Source: Lama guanicoe
Taxonomy: Eukaryota
Length of the DNA: 64,000 nucleotides
Assembly (NCBI GenBank): GCA_013239625.1
Contig: MU056050.1
Span: 5,341,366-5,405,365 of the forward strand
Reading direction: 5' to 3'
The notes below the pieces were generated by a model, which searched no databases, had not been told where the DNA came from, and was given only the letters and a program-made list of their open reading frames with translations. The translations under genes and the position numbers were made by a program. This document shows, one piece after another, positions 39,161 to 54,078 of this stretch (positions are counted from its first letter, which is position 1; each line of letters starts with the position of its first letter).

Positions 39161-41060
39161 CATTGTTTCTGATGAGAAGTCTGTTGTTGATCTTTTTCGG
39201 GTTCCCTTGTAAATATCAAGTCACATTTCTCTTGCTCTTTCAATATTTTCTTCTTGTCTTGATTAAGGTTTTTAAAATAATCTGGAAAAATTTCAGCCTT
39301 TATTTCCTGAAACACATTTTCTATTTCCTTCTCTCTCTCCTCTCTCATGCAGCCATTATGCATATGCTAGCGTGATTGTTTCCCACACGTTCTGAGGTTC
39401 GAATTATTTTTCTGCATTCCTTTTACTCTCTGTTCTTCAGATTGCATAATACCTATTGATCAGTTTTGAAGTATGCTATCTTTTTTTTTTTGCAACTTAA
39501 AATCTACTGTTGGACAGCTGTCATATATTTTTCATTTCAGTTCTTAGAATTTCCAACTTGAGCCTTTCAATTTGGTTTTGTTTTATAATTTCTAACTCTT
39601 TATTGATATTCTCTACTCAATGCAACATTATCATCACACTTTCCTTTACTTCATTATCCATGCTTCTTTTAGTTGTTTGACATTTTATAGTCTTTCTAGA
39701 AGAATTTGTAAAAATGCAACATCTGGTAACTCTCACAGGTATTTTCTGTTGCTTGCTTTTTTCCCTATATATGAATGCCATGCTTTTTTACTGTATATCT
39801 TGTAAAATTTTTGTTGGAAACTGGATGATTTAGATAATACATTCTAGCAAATCTGAGTACTTCCCCACCCCTAGGATTTGTTATTAGTTCATGGTTTGTT
39901 TAATGACTGACTATATCATTTAAATGGAGTCTATTTTCACTCTGCATTGTTAAGCATCCTATATTGCAATCCAAGGGACAGCCTCGAATGCTCATAGTCA
40001 CCCTGGGATGATAACCATGGTTTTGGCGGAACTCTCTTTGTCTCTTACCCTAACCACATCCAGCTATAAAGCTCCACTAATTGTGGGATAATTGCTCTAT
40101 TGATTTAAAAAATGTCTTTAGACATAATACCTCACATTCTAACCCAATCAAATCCAGACTTGTATGAAGTGATAGTTCCTGAGGTCAGTGTTTAAGATTT
40201 GTTCTAACCTGAGGATGTCTCTTCTAGCTACTTTTTTAAGGTTTCTCCAGGCCACTACCCAACTTACAGTTGAGCCTATATCTTCATAAATTTACCAATA
40301 GTTTCCAAGTTGTTATTCATCACAATCCCCAGTGTTTTTAGAGAGTGCCTATAGGCTTGAATTTCTCCACACTGTGTTCCAAAGAGTTCCTTTGTGAAGT
40401 AATTAGGAGCTTTATATTTTTCTGTTCTACTTCTCCCTCTGGAATAATTACTGAGCCAAGACTATGGAGCTGGAAGTGTAGACAATGACATGTTTCTCAC
40501 TGAGTGACTCTTCCTCTGTATTATTTGAGCATTCAGTGGAAAATGGAGTGACCTCAGGTGTTCTTAGCTTGCCTCTCCAGATGTGTAACCACTGCTGTAT
40601 GAGCCAGGGAAAGTATAGTTATGATCCCAGTATTCTCAGTGATTCTGGTCCATACATCAGCCTCTGTCCCACTGTATGGACTGAGCAGAAAAAAGGAACA
40701 TACACTGTTCATTCACACATACTTGGTACAGCATCGGCAACAAGTATCTGGAAGAATAATAAGGAATACTGTATGTACCTCCCTGAAAGACAGATTCAAA
40801 CTGGAAGCTCTAGGAACAGAGACCCCCTGTGTTATTGGCTGAATGCATCTGAAGTTTCTTTCTCACTGAGTCATAAAGGAAAATGGAAGGGCCAGGTCTT
40901 TTCTCAGTTACCATAGACTCTCACTGTTATCACCTAATTTCAGTAGATTTTCGTGAATGTGTCTTCATTTGCTGCCTGTCACTAGAATCATTTCCCTAGT
41001 CATTAAATGTTTTGCTTTAATACAATTTTGCAAGCGTTGTTTGAAGTGTCTGTGAAGTGC
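39160..41060 (-). mobile_element. Old LINE-1 5' region/ORF1
   Basis: tgatgagaagtctgttgtt...; minus ORF 39082..39363 (EIENVFQEIKAEIFPD) is an ORF1 remnant. Confidence 0.65.
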
Positions 41061-41246
41061 TACTTCCCTTGCCATGCTGTAAATACATCACACCATCAAA
41101 TCTTGCAAGGTTTTACAAAATGTTTCCATCATACCACTACCACTACCTGTAAATAGGTTCTTCATTCTTCTGTTTGGCAATATGTTTTTTTCTGTGTGTT
41201 TTCTGTGTGTGTCCCTGAGTATTCTTTAATTTTATGGCAATTTGTG

Positions 41247-44044
41247 TAGTATATTCCATTTTATTACACTTCATAAATATTAACATTTTACAACCTTATT
41301 TTGTTGCAACCCTGCATTAAGGAAATCTACTGACATCATTTTTCCAACAATGCTTGCTCACTTTATAACTCTGCGTTGTTTCCTCAATTCTCAAATTTCA
41401 ATCTTTTTCATTATTATTATAATGGTTATATGATTTGTGACCATTGATTTTTAATGTTCCTCTTGTAATTGTTTGGAGACACCACAAACCATGTCCATAT
41501 AAAAATACAAACTTTATGTATGTGGATGTTCTGACTGCTCCATCGATTGGCTATTCACTGATCTCTTTCCCTCTCCTTGAAACTCATTACTAGCTGCTAC
41601 ACAACAATATTAAAATCAGGATAATTAATAACCGTACAATGACCTCTAAGGGTTTTAATGAATGGAAGAATCACAGCCCTTTCACTTTAAATCAAAAGCT
41701 AGATGATTAAGCCTAGTGGCGACGGCATTTCAAAAGCTGAGACAGGCTGAAAGCCAGGCCTCTGGCACCAGCAGCCAAGCTGTGAGTGCAAAGAAAAAGA
41801 TCCTAAAGGAAAGAAAAAGCGCTATTCCAGTGAACAGATGAATGATGAGAAAGTAAAATAGCCTTATTACTGATATGAAGAAGGCTACAGTGATCACAAC
41901 AGAAGATCAAACCAGTCAAAACATTCCCTTAAGCCAAAGCCTAATTCAGAACCAAGGTCCTAACTCTCTTCAATTCTATGAAGGCTGAGACAGGAGAAGA
42001 AGCAGCAGAAGAAAACTTCTGAAGCTAGCAGAGGATGGTTCATGAAGCTTAAGGAAAGAAGCCATCTCCACAGTCAATGTACAACAGGAAGCAGCAAGTG
42101 CTCATGTACAAGCTGGAGTAAGTTATTTAGAAGATCTAGCTTAGGTAATAAAGGTGGCTACACTAAACAACAGATTTTTAATGAAGATGAAACAGTCTTC
42201 TCTGGCGAGAAGATGCCAGTGAGGACTTTCATAGCTAGACAGAAGTCAACGCCTAGCTTCAAAACTTAAAAGGACAACTGACTCTCTTGTTAGGGGCTAA
42301 TGCAGCTGGTGACTTGAACTTAAAGCTAAGGCTCATTTACCATTTAGAAAATCCTAAGGCCTTTAAGAGTTATGCTAAATCTACTCTGCCTGCGCTCTAT
42401 GACACAACAAAGTCTGAATGACAGCACATCTGTTTACAACATGGTTTACTGAATATTTTAAGCCCACTGTTGAGACCTACTGCCTAGGAAAAAAAAGACT
42501 CTAAAAAGTATCACTGTCTATGGATAATGCAGCCAGTCACCCAACAGCTCTAAGGGAGGTGTAAAACAAGACTAATGCTGCTTTCACGCCTGCTAACATA
42601 ACGTCCATTCTGCAGCCCATGGATCAAGGAGTCATTTTGACTTTCAAGTCTTATTATTTAAGAGATATATTTTGTAAGACTATAGCTGCCATAGATAGTG
42701 ATTTCTTTGATGGATCTGTGAAAAATACATTGACAATCTTCTGGAAAGGATTCACCATTCTAGATACCATTAAGACCATTCATGATTGATGGGGAAAAGT
42801 CAGAATATTAACATTAACAGGAGTTTGGAAGAAGTAGATTCCAAATGTTATGGATGACTTTTAGGGGTTCAAGACTTTAGTGAAGGAAGTCATTGTAGAT
42901 GTGTTGGAAATAGCAAGAGAAGTACAATTAGAAGTAGAGCCTATGCCATAAAAAAATTAAAATAATGCCACTTGCAGCCATCATTAAACCTGAAGCCACA
43001 AAGAGAAAGAAAAATACCATATGATATCACTCATATATGGAATTAAAAAAAAGAAAAAGAAAAAAGATGGTGCTAATTAACTCATCTATAAGACAGAAAC
43101 AGGCTCAAATACACAGTAAACAATCTAATGGTTACCAGTGGGAAAGCGGGTGGGAAGGGATAAATTGGGAGTTCAAGACTTGCAAATATTAACTAGAATA
43201 CATAAAGTAGATAAACAACAAGTTCCTTTTGTATAGCACAAGCAACTATATTCAATATTTTGTAGTAAAATATAATGAAAATAGAATATGAAAATGAATA
43301 TGTATATGTATGGCTGAAACATTATGCTGCACACCAGAAATTGACACACTGTAAACTGACTATACTTCAATAAAACTATACTTCAAGTAAAAAAAAGTAG
43401 AGCCTGAAGATATGACTGAATTGCTGCAATCTCATGATAAAATTTTAAAAGATGAGGGGTTGCTTCTTATGAGTGAGCAAAGAAAGTGTTTTTTCGAGAT
43501 GAAATCTATTCCTGATGAAGATGCTGTGAAAATGTTTGAAATGACAACAAGGAATTTAGACTGTTGCATAAACAGTCATAAAAAGAAGCAGGGTTTGAGA
43601 GAATTGACTTAAAATTTAAAGGAAGGTCTAATGTGGATAAAATGTTATCAAACATCGTTGCATGCATTAGAGAAATTGTTCATGAAAGGAAGAGTCAATT
43701 GATATGGCAAAATTCACTATTGCCACAGCGACAACAACATTCATCAAACACTGCCCTAAACAGTCAGCAGCCATCAGCATTTAGGGAAGAACCTTCACCA
43801 ACAAAAATGTCATGACTTGCTAAAGGCTCAGGTGATGGTGAGCATTTTTTCTAAATTCAGTATTTTTCAATTAACGTATGTACATTTTATAGAAACACTG
43901 CAAACTCAATAGACAACAATGTTATGGAAACATAACTTTTTATGAACTGGAAAACCAAACAAATTGTGTGGCTCACTTTACTATGATATTTGCTTTATTG
44001 TGGTGGTCTGGAACTGAACCTACAATATCTCCAAGGTCTCCCTG
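41247..44044 (+). mobile_element. Tigger1 DNA transposon, near full length, dead
   Basis: Transposase remnants from about 41639, QQIFNEDETVF..KMP.RTFIA, ctgcagcccatggatcaaggagt; 3' terminus caatatctccaaggtctccctg. Confidence 0.92.
42943..43394 (+). mobile_element. Younger 5'-truncated L1 3' end inserted in Tigger1
   Basis: Perfect 11-bp TSD aagtagagcct (42932-42942, 43395-43405); A tail; ends caccagaaattgacacactgtaaactgactatacttcaataaaa. Confidence 0.88.
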
Positions 44045-45659
44045 TGCAACATTTTAAATATTTTCCTACTTGCTATGTATTTATTTATTTTAATTTGTCA
44101 ACTGGAGTCTTTCATGAATTCAGAAACGTTCTTGGTTATTTTTTTTTCTCAAAATTGTTCTTTCCCATTCTCTCTCTATAGTATTCATATTAACCATGTT
44201 TGAACTTGCATTTCATTTCTTCATTTAATATTATCTACTGCACTTACAGCCTCTTTCTATGCCTCTTTTTGTGTAACTTGTTTTCACTTCACTAATGTTC
44301 TGTGTAGCAGTGTAAATTTATAGTTAACACATCAACTGTATATCTCATATTATTTTATTTCTAATATCAATAACCATTCATTATTTCTAGAAGTTTTGTC
44401 TTTCCTTTCCAAAAGAGCTTCCTCATTTTCAGTGTCACTTATTCAATTATCATACATTTAAATATTGACCTTTCTTAAATATATCAAATTTCGATTTCAT
44501 ATACTACACCATACAGTTGTAAAATATGCAGAGTTTTAGGTCTAATACTAGGTTTGTTTTGTCTTCTCTGTCTCTAGTTTCTACAGACTAGATTCTTAAT
44601 ATTCTAGTAGTATTATTATTATAAAACAATGCTATTGGTCTTTCATCTGTAAAAATTCTTTGAAGTCTATACTTAAACTAAATTCCATTAGAGATAATTT
44701 GTTACTAAAAAGGATAAGTTTAAAGTAAAATTTTGGCTTTGTGATTTATAAGCCATATAGGTGCACTGGATCCTGTTCCTACATCTGTAAGTGTAAAATA
44801 CATTTAGGAAGTCTTAGGATACAATTTCTATGTCACTGACTGTGTGGGTTTCTTTCTTCAGGATTCCCTACTGTATATATGGAATTCAAACGCTACCCCT
44901 CACCCTATTTGTATACTCTATTTTCCTCTTGTTTCAGCATATGTTAACAAAGATATAGGTGACCAATTAAAGCAAAATTCACTGGACAAACATCAGATCT
45001 ATTACTATTTACCATCATGGACTGAACCTTTATTTTTACAGCTTTTAAAATTACCTGTTCCAAGCCATGCATGGAAACATACAAATGCATTATATCCAGA
45101 ATTTCAGGTGTCCTATAGACACTAAAACATTATTTATTAAATATTACTCTCTTGTCCTTTCAAATCAGTTACACTGTATTTCAAATAAAGGATGTTTTAT
45201 CTTTGTCATTATAATGTATTGAAAGTCAGTTACATTTCTGGTATATAATAATGCATCAGAAACTCAAGGAGCACACTGCATACTGCCTACAATATTCCCA
45301 CCTTTTTCCATAAGCCTTTTTGTGTTCACTATCTACCCATGATAGTAATTTACTTCATTATTATTGTCTTTGCTCTAAATATGAAAGGATATTACAGCTA
45401 TAATAATTGGGTATTAAGTCATTAAATAGCTTTTTAGAAAACATTCACTTTTGCAAATTTTAATTCCAGATAAAGTAATTTTCTAGGCTTTTCCAAAAGG
45501 CTGTATGTCATAAAAATTTATTTATTTGTTTTCATCAAGTCTAACATTTATCCAAGTAGACAAAGGGCATCGTCTGTGACCCATATACTTTCCTAATAGT
45601 CTCATCAAAATGTTCAGCTTCATGGAAATTCCTCAAGTGAATATTAGGTAGAAATTGCC

Positions 45660-47440
45660 AGGGGCATTATTTAAGAAAATGGCAGAGTCTCAGTAAGAAT
45701 CACATACTTTTGGGCATTTTAACTTGCGTTGTTTCTATTCTCCCCTCCACAGATCCACACTTGCTTTGAAAACCAGGAGACCATAATCACACTGAAAACC
45801 AGAAGCCTGGCAGCACTTGGAGAAGACAGAATTAGTCTGGAGGGCCTTTAAATTTAGCCCCATCTCCACACATTGTGATTATTAGATTTGTCCAGTGGTT
45901 TCCGGGAAGACTCAACTCACAAAATTGTCTTTACTTCACATGACTCATAGTTTTCCTGGTATGAATAGCATTTCCCCTGGAGGCATTTTTGAAAAAAAAG
46001 AATTGGAGGCAATTGCTGAACATTCCAACTTCCTGATATGGTGGATAAGAGTTGTGGCAAACAGTGCCTAAATAAAAAAGTTAAAAGGACAATCTGAGGA
46101 TCAAATATCTTTAGTGGGCTTTGACAAGTCACGGCATATTCCTGGGGATCTAAAATGTCATGCACATACATAAGGCTGTATGTATGCTTAAGACAGATTG
46201 AAAAGGGCCTTAAGTTCCAATCTTTGTCTAACTTTGAGGCTGTGCACAAAGAAGGAAATGCAGACCAAAGCAAACTGCCTGACTGAGTGTTGAAGCTGGT
46301 CCCCAACACTTACAAAAAGGCCTTTAGCAAGTATTTGGAGAGTTATTAGTTTAAACCAACTAAAGGAATATTTTTCCAAGATTCTTGTCTGCAAGTTAAC
46401 TTAGCAGAAATATCAGTGGCCACACATGAAAAGAATGTACATTTAAAAAAATTTTCTAATAAAAATCACTAAACACCCAGTAATAACAACAATAACACAA
46501 CCAACAAAAACAAAGAGTGATGACAACAACAACAAAACCTTCAAGAGAATAGAGAATCTGATTTCTAGAGCTGCCACCTTAAATTTTTAACATGAAGAGA
46601 CGAAAAGGCAAGCCACAGACTTGGAGAAAATATCTGCAGAACACATAGCTAATAAAAGCCAGTTATCGAAGATACACAAAGAACTCTGAAAATTCAACAG
46701 TAAGAAGACAATCTAATTAAAAACAAAGACCTTAAAAGACATTTCACCAAAGAAGACATACAGATGTCACACAGCATATAAAAAGATGATCCAAATCATA
46801 TGTCATCAGGGAAATACAAATTAAATCAGCTATGAGATACCACTAGACACTTATTAGAATAGCCAAAATCCGGAACACTGACAACACAAAATGGAGGAGA
46901 GAATGTGGAGGAAAAGGAACTCTCATTCACTGCTGGTGGAAATGCAAACGATACAGAAAATTTGACAATTTGGTAGCTTCTTACAAAGCTAAACACATTG
47001 CTATCATAAAATCCAGCAATCATGCTCCTTGATATTTATCAGAGAGATGAAAACTTACGTTCACACAAAAACCTGCACACGAATGTTTATACAGCTTAAT
47101 TTATAACTGCCCAAATGTGGAAGCAACCAAAATGTCTTTCACTAGGTGACTGGATAAATACATCGTGTTACATCCAATCAATGGAATGTTTCCCAATGCT
47201 AAGAATAAATGAGCTATCAAGTCATGAAAAGACATGGAGAAAACTTAAGTGCATATTACTAAATGAAATAAGCCTATTTGTAAAGGTATGATTACAATTA
47301 CATGACATTTTGGAAAAGGCAAAACTAGGGAGACAATAAAAAGAATAAAAAAAAAAATCACTGGTTGTCAGGGATTTGGGAAGGAGTAGGGGAGAGGGCG
47401 GAGGCAGAGCACAAAAGACTTTCAGCCAGTGAAAATCTTG
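45660..47440 (+). mobile_element. Old L1 5' region plus L1MC-like ORF2 end/3'UTR
   Basis: aaaaggcaagccacagacttggagaaaatatctgca...tcacacaaaaacctgcacacgaatgttt...catggagaaaacttaagtgcatattact. Confidence 0.75.
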
Positions 47441-48522
47441 GAACTTGAAACCTGTTCAATAATAAATTTCAATTTACCCCTTCCACCAGTCTTGGCAATA
47501 ATCATTCTACTTTCTGCTCCTATGTGTGTGACTATTTTAGATACTTCATGTTGGTAGAATCATGCAGTATTGGTTTTTCTACCACTGGTATATTTCACTT
47601 AGAATAATGTCCTCAAGGCTTATCGAGGCTGTAACATAGGGTGAGATTTCTTTTATTTCGAGGCTGGATATTATTTATTGTATTGATATATAATATTTTC
47701 TTTATCCATTCATCTGCTGATAGATATTGAAGTAGTTTTCCCATCATGAAAATTGTGACTAATGCTGTGATAAACATGGGATTACAAATATTTCTTCAAG
47801 ATTCTAATTTAAATTATTTTGGGTAAATATCCAAAAATGGGAAAATGTATCATACAGTAGCTATAGTTTTAAATTTTTGAGGAAACTCCATACTGCTTTC
47901 CATCATAGCTGTATCATTTGATATTACCATCAAAAGTATAAAAAGGTTTCAATGTTCTCACATTTTCATAAACAGTTGTTATTTTTTGTTTTCTTTTTGA
48001 TAATAGACATCCTAATTGGTTTGAGGTAATCTCTCCTTATGCTTTTGAGTTGCATTAACCTAATGATTGGTTGCACTGAACATTTATTCATATACCTGTT
48101 GACCATTTGTATGTCTTCTTTTTTTAATTTAAAAAAATTTTTTTCAATTGTATGTCTTCTTTGGAGACACGTTTATTCAAGTCCTATGCTCATTTTTAAA
48201 TCAGGTTATTTGGTTTTCTGCTATTGCGTTGTGTCCCTTATATACTTTAGAGATTAGCTCATTATCAGAAATATAGTTTGAAAATATTGTCTGCCATTTC
48301 TGAAGTTTCCTTTTCATTCTGTTGGAATGTCATTTGCTACACAGAAAATTTCAGTTTGATAAATTCTCACGTAATTTTTGGGTTTTGCTTCAGGTGTTTT
48401 TAGCATCGTATCTAAACAATCATTACCCAGACCAATGTCACAAAGCTTTCCCCTACAGTTTCTTCCAGGAATCTTACAGTTTCAGATCTTTTAACTATTT
48501 CATTCATTTTGAGGTTCTGCAC

Positions 48523-48553
<31 letters not shown>

Positions 48554-49460
48554 ATAAGATAAGGATTCACTTTCACTCTTTTACATGTGGATATCTAGTT
48601 CTCGCAGCACCATTTAAGAGACAATCCTTTCTACATTGTGTATTCTTGACACCTTTGTCAAAGATCAGTTGACCATACATACATCTGTGGGATTATTTAT
48701 GGCCTCTGTATTCTGTTCCATCAGTCTTTAAAGCTGCCTTCATGCCAATTTCATACTGTTATTACTTTTTAATAAATTTTGAAAACATAAAATGTGATGC
48801 CTCCAACTTCGTTTTTCTCACTCAAGATTGTTTTGGCTGTGGATTCCTTTGTGGTTCCATATGAATAGTAGTATTGTCTTTCATGTTTCCGGAAAAAAAA
48901 ACACCAAAGGGATTTTAATAGCTATTTTACTGAATATGTAGATTGCGTTAGGTAGAATGGATATATTAACATTGTAAAATCTTCTGGTCTAGGAAACGAG
49001 ATGTGTTTTCATTTGCTTGTATCTTCTTTAATTTCTTCCATCAATATTGCCTAGTTGTCAGTATATAAGACTTTACCAAATTATTTGCTTCCTTAGTTTC
49101 TTTATTAGATCGTTTACAATAAGAATATAGAGCTGCAGTTGATTTTGGTATGTTGATTTTCTATTCTTACATTTTGTAAATTTATTTTCTTGGTTCTAAT
49201 AGTTCTTTTGGTTGAGTCTTTAAGCTTTTCAACATATAGGAGCATACTATCAAAACAAGTAATTTTATTTCTTTCCTTTCCAATTTGGAGATCTTTTCTT
49301 TCTCTTGACTGTTATGTGTAGGACCTTCAGTGTTATGCTGAACAGAAACAGTGTGAGTAAACATCTTTGTCTTTCCTTATCTTAGAGGGCAATCTTTTCA
49401 ATCTTTCACCATTGAGTATGATGTTAGACCTGGGTTTGCTATATATAGCCTTTATATAAT
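47440..49460 (-). mobile_element. LINE-1 3'UTR/ORF2 (L1MA/L1MB-like)
   Basis: cattctactttctgct...aatcatgcagtatt...ttcaatctttcaccattgagtatgatgttag. Confidence 0.85.
48525..48552 (+). repeat. (GT)14 microsatellite
   Basis: Direct read. Confidence 0.95.
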
Positions 49461-50900
49461 TCAAAAGTAATCATTAAAAGTGAAATTTAAAAGTTGTACC
49501 AGAAATCATGGAAATTAAAACCAGGAAAACCATCGAGTAAATCAGTTAAGCTAAAATCTGGTTCCTTGATATGATCAATAATATTGATAAATTTTTAACC
49601 AGGAAAACCCCCAAAAAAGAGAAGACAAAATTATCACTATGATACATGAAATAGTTTATCACTGCTATTACTATGGACCATAAAATGATAATAAAGGAAT
49701 ACTATGAACAACTCTATGACCACACATTAGAAAACTTAGATAAAATGGACCAATTCCTTGGAAGACAAATACTACAAAACCTAACAAAATGAAAAATGGA
49801 TAATCTGGGGTGGACTATATCTAGTAAAGGAATTGAATGAATAATTATTAAATTACTACTACTGAATTGCACCAAATATTTAAGGAAGATAGGATACTAA
49901 TTAGCCAGATTTTTTTTCAGAAAACAGGAGAAGAAACATTTCCTAAGTCATTCTATTAGTCCAGCATTGCACCAATATTAAAACCTGATAAATATATTAT
50001 GATAAAAAACTATAGTTAAATATCTCTCATGAACATAGATGTAAAACTCATTAAGAAAATACTAGCAAATAAAATCCAAAATGTATGAAAATAATTATAC
50101 TGCAAAAATATCTGGGATTTATTCAACATTTGCAATGCCAGTTCAACATTTAAATATCAAAGTAATCTACCACATCAGTAGGTTAAAGAAGAAAATCATA
50201 TGATCATATTAATTGAGGTACAAAAAGAATTTGACAAAAATTAACATCCTTTCATGAAAAAAATGATTATCAAACTAGGAATCTAGGAATAGAGAAGAAC
50301 TCTCTCAGCTTGATAAACAGTATCTACAAAGAAAAACAAATAAAATGAAAGTGTGAGCTCCCAGTAGGGAAACTCACTAGAAATTTTGAACAACACAGTA
50401 AATAAACCCTTTGGGGAAAATATTCCAATATTTAAAACAAATACCGTTGAATACATGCTGATATCAACAAATGGTTGAAAAATTTAAAAATTAGGGAGAA
50501 GAGACAAATTTCCCAATCAGAAAGATTCCGAATAGTTCCTAGAGATACTCCATCTTCAATGGAGTGGAGCATGTGTCTTCACTCCTCAAATGCATGCTGT
50601 GCATAATGACTTCTTTTTAAATAGTACAGTAAGAAAAGGAGCAAAATATTGTAACTTTGCAGTGGATAAAACTAACAAACATTTCCTCAGCTGAGTGATT
50701 ATGGTTAGCATTATCAGTTATAAGTCAAGCTGATAGAATGCACCCTTGACATAATGTGATAAGAATAGCAAAAATGGTAATTTATCTCTGTGGTATTCTG
50801 CCAAAACATCACAGATCTCAGTATAACCATGCAAAAATGATTATATATCTCAATTTTTGTATTTTCTATAAATGTAGACATTTTATAATATCTCAAAACT
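49460..50900 (+). mobile_element. LINE-1 ORF2 plus L1MC/MD-like 3' fragment
   Basis: ggaatactatgaacaactctatg...aaatggaccaattcctt; later gtaactttgcagtggataaaactaacaaaca. Confidence 0.72.
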
Positions 50901-50904
50901 ATCA

Positions 50905-52672
50905 AAGTTTTTTTTTTTAATTTTCCCTTTGATTTCTTTAGTAAACCATTGGATGGTTAGCAGCATAGTAGTTAGCCTCCACAAATGTGTGTTTTTGTAG
51001 TTTTTTTTGCTTGCAGTTGATTACTAATCTCATAGCATTATGGTTGGAAAAGATGCTTCACATGATTTAACATCTTAAATTTCACATTTAAAGTAATTAT
51101 TGATAATTATGCATTTATTGTTATTTTGCTAGTTGTTTTCTGGTTGTTTTTGTTGTTCTTTTTTTGTTTCCTTCTTTTTCTTTTGCGAATTGATGACTAT
51201 CTTCACTGTTACGTTTGAATTCCTTTCTCTTTTGTGTGTGTGTATTTGTTATAGGTTTTTGGTTAGTGGTTACCATGAGGTTCATATGTAACAACTTATA
51301 AATACACATGATTCCTTTAATTTAATTATCTCTTAAATTCCCATTCTAAGAACCTTGTTTTTACTACCCCTACCCTTGAACTCTTTAGTACATAGGTTTC
51401 TTGGCTCCATTTTAGTTATTTTTCTGAGGTTTTCTTTCTCCTTCATTTGGAACATGTTTCTCTATCTCCTCACTTTCCCTAATTCTTTGGGTTTATTTTT
51501 CTGTATTAAGTAGGTTGGTTATATTAGCCAATACTATAGAGATGGCTCATGTAGGAGACATTCTATGGGGCCGTGTGACACACTTCCTTGTGGTCACTGG
51601 AACTATGTGCCCTGGGGGTGTCTCCTTGGTGGGCTGCATGGGCCCTTTTGTTGTGGCGGGACTGTCTACTCTAGGTTGACTTGTAGGCAAGGTTGGCCAC
51701 TGATCCAGTTAGATGCCACTCCCTGCCTTGTTTGATGGCTACTGATCCACTGGTAGGCAGGTCAGGTCCTAGTTCACCTACCTGAAGGGCCCAGGGGACC
51801 CTGGGGATGGTTTTGGCCTGCTGTTGGGTGGGTCAATGTCCCAGTGCCATTGGCTGAAGGGCCTAGGAGGTTCCTGGAGCTGGTGCCAGACCACTTGTGG
51901 GTGGAAGCATGTGATAGGGAAGCTGGCTGCAGACCCCAGGGGCCCTGAGGCTCATGCCAGTCTGTAGGTAGGCAGGGTCAAATCCCCTCAGGGCAAATGG
52001 ATCCTGGGACTTCTGCTGGACTATTGGGCAGATAAGTCTTCGATGCTAATAAGCTATATGTAGGACTCCAAAACAGCACTCACCAGCACCAGTGTCTCTG
52101 TGGTAGAGTAAATTCTGCCAACTGGCTGCCATAAGCATCAAAGGGGATTCCCACTTGACTCCTGCATTTCCATGAGGCTCTGCAAGTTCAGCAAGTGAGT
52201 CTGACCCAGGCTTCATTCAGATTACTGCCTCTGAGCTGGGACTTGGACTGTACGAGATTTTGTGCATTCCCTTTAAGACACGAGTCTCTGATTCCTACAG
52301 CCTTCTGGCTCTCCCAGAAGTTAAGTCCCTCTAGCCTCATAAAGCCTGACATTGCGGCCACTTACATTCCCAGTGTAGGAACCCAAGGCTGGGAAGCCCA
52401 ATGAGGGGCTTAGACACATCATTTCTTGGGGAGAACCTCTACAATTATGATCTCCATCCCACACTGACACAGGGGTGTGGGTCATGAGTATACTGCGTCT
52501 CTAATCTTCCTGTCTTCTTGTGGTTCCTTCTTTTTATCTTTATTTGTGAAAAATATTTTATGCTAACCTTCAAGTCATTCTCATACATAGCTGCTCTATA
52601 AATACGTGTAATTTTGATGTGCCTGTGGGAGGAGCTGAGCTCAGGGTCTTCTTACTCCACCACTTGGCCCAC
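50905..52672 (-). mobile_element. LINE-1 5'UTR and inter-ORF/ORF2-start pieces
   Basis: Minus-strand 5' end gccaagtggtggagtaagaagaccctgagctcagctcctcc resembles the L1 start at 24846; GC-richer 5'UTR at 51560-52500. Confidence 0.75.
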
Positions 52673-54078
52673 CAAGTATTCTATATCACACTATTATGAC
52701 TACAAATTACATAATTATGTGTGTTATATATTATTACAGTATTCAAATACTACTTAGAATTTCACCAAGCAATGAAAAATAAATGAATGTTAAATACTAA
52801 AAATAAGACAAAACTACAGCTTTTTGAACTTGTAATTATCTACTTAAGAAAATCTAACAGAATGAATACAAAATAGTTCAGAATTGATAAGGTAGTCTAG
52901 AAAAATGCAAAATACAAGAATTACATACAAAAGTATATAGGTTCCCTAGCAATGGCAAATCTGAAAATATTGTGGACAAGCATCCTATTCATAAGATTAA
53001 AAAATGGTAAAAGACGTGAGACTAAACTTCAGATTTAATTTGAATGACCCAAATGGGAAACAATCTATGAAGTTCCTCTGAGTAAACTGAATGTCATGCA
53101 ACATTCCTGGGTGGAAAGACTTTGTATTATGAAGTTTAAAACTATAAATAAATGTATGAATTAAATAAAATCCTAATAAATTTTATAATATATTTTGTGG
53201 CAAATGACATACTGATTCTCAAGTTCATCTGAAAAAATAAAATACAATATATTATAGATTTAACTTAAAAAGCAGGTTTCTGTTTTAGATGTCTAGCTAG
53301 AAATAATGAAACTTAGCTATTTTTAACTTCACTTTCTTCCTATCCCCCAAAAGAGTAGGACATACATTCTATTTTTAATAAAACAAAATGGCCACAAACT
53401 GACAGAACAAACTACAAACATCTGGGCAATAAGGAGCAAAATAAGAGATATTTATATCCAAACATATTTATGTATTTGGAGAATGATATGGCTTTCTCCA
53501 AGATTAAAATTCAGAGTTCTAATAGAATATACAATAAAAATTTGAATAAATGAATACAACCTAAAGACATGGGGAATGCCAAAGAAGAAATCAGAATTAT
53601 TTCTGCAGATCAAGTCTTTATGGAAGAACAGCAAAGAATGTGGATGTAAAGGGAGGAATCATATCAACTGAACGTTGTGTGTACATTATGTACATGTGTT
53701 TGTTTGTGTTCATTAGTTTCCCAGATGACAAAGAGGGCTGAGCAATGTCAATCTAAATCAGAGAAGATAACCAGTATTCTCCTATTCACCTGTATTCTAA
53801 GTCATACCATAGAGAAACAATGATGAGCCCCATATAAGTTCTGAAGGTCAGAATTCTATGAGATGAGTTTCCCCTTGGAAGAAGACTACAATTTTGGTAA
53901 ATAGGCCAAGAAATAAAAAAATTGAGCAAAGGATCATCCTAGAATCACAATCCCCTCATGACAGGACTGAGAAGAATGAATGAAAAAGTGTCACTGTGCT
54001 AGTCTCATCATCTCCTCTAATAATAGTCAATAGATAATATACAAAGTTGAAACATGTGGTTAAAATTAGCCAAGAGAG

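Noticed and set aside
40485..40916. 143-aa plus-strand ORF
   Set aside because: Within an old antisense L1 5' region; no recognisable homology.
42042..43815. Domesticated Tigger-derived (TIGD-like) gene
   Set aside because: Transposase is broken by stops, frameshifts and an L1 insertion.
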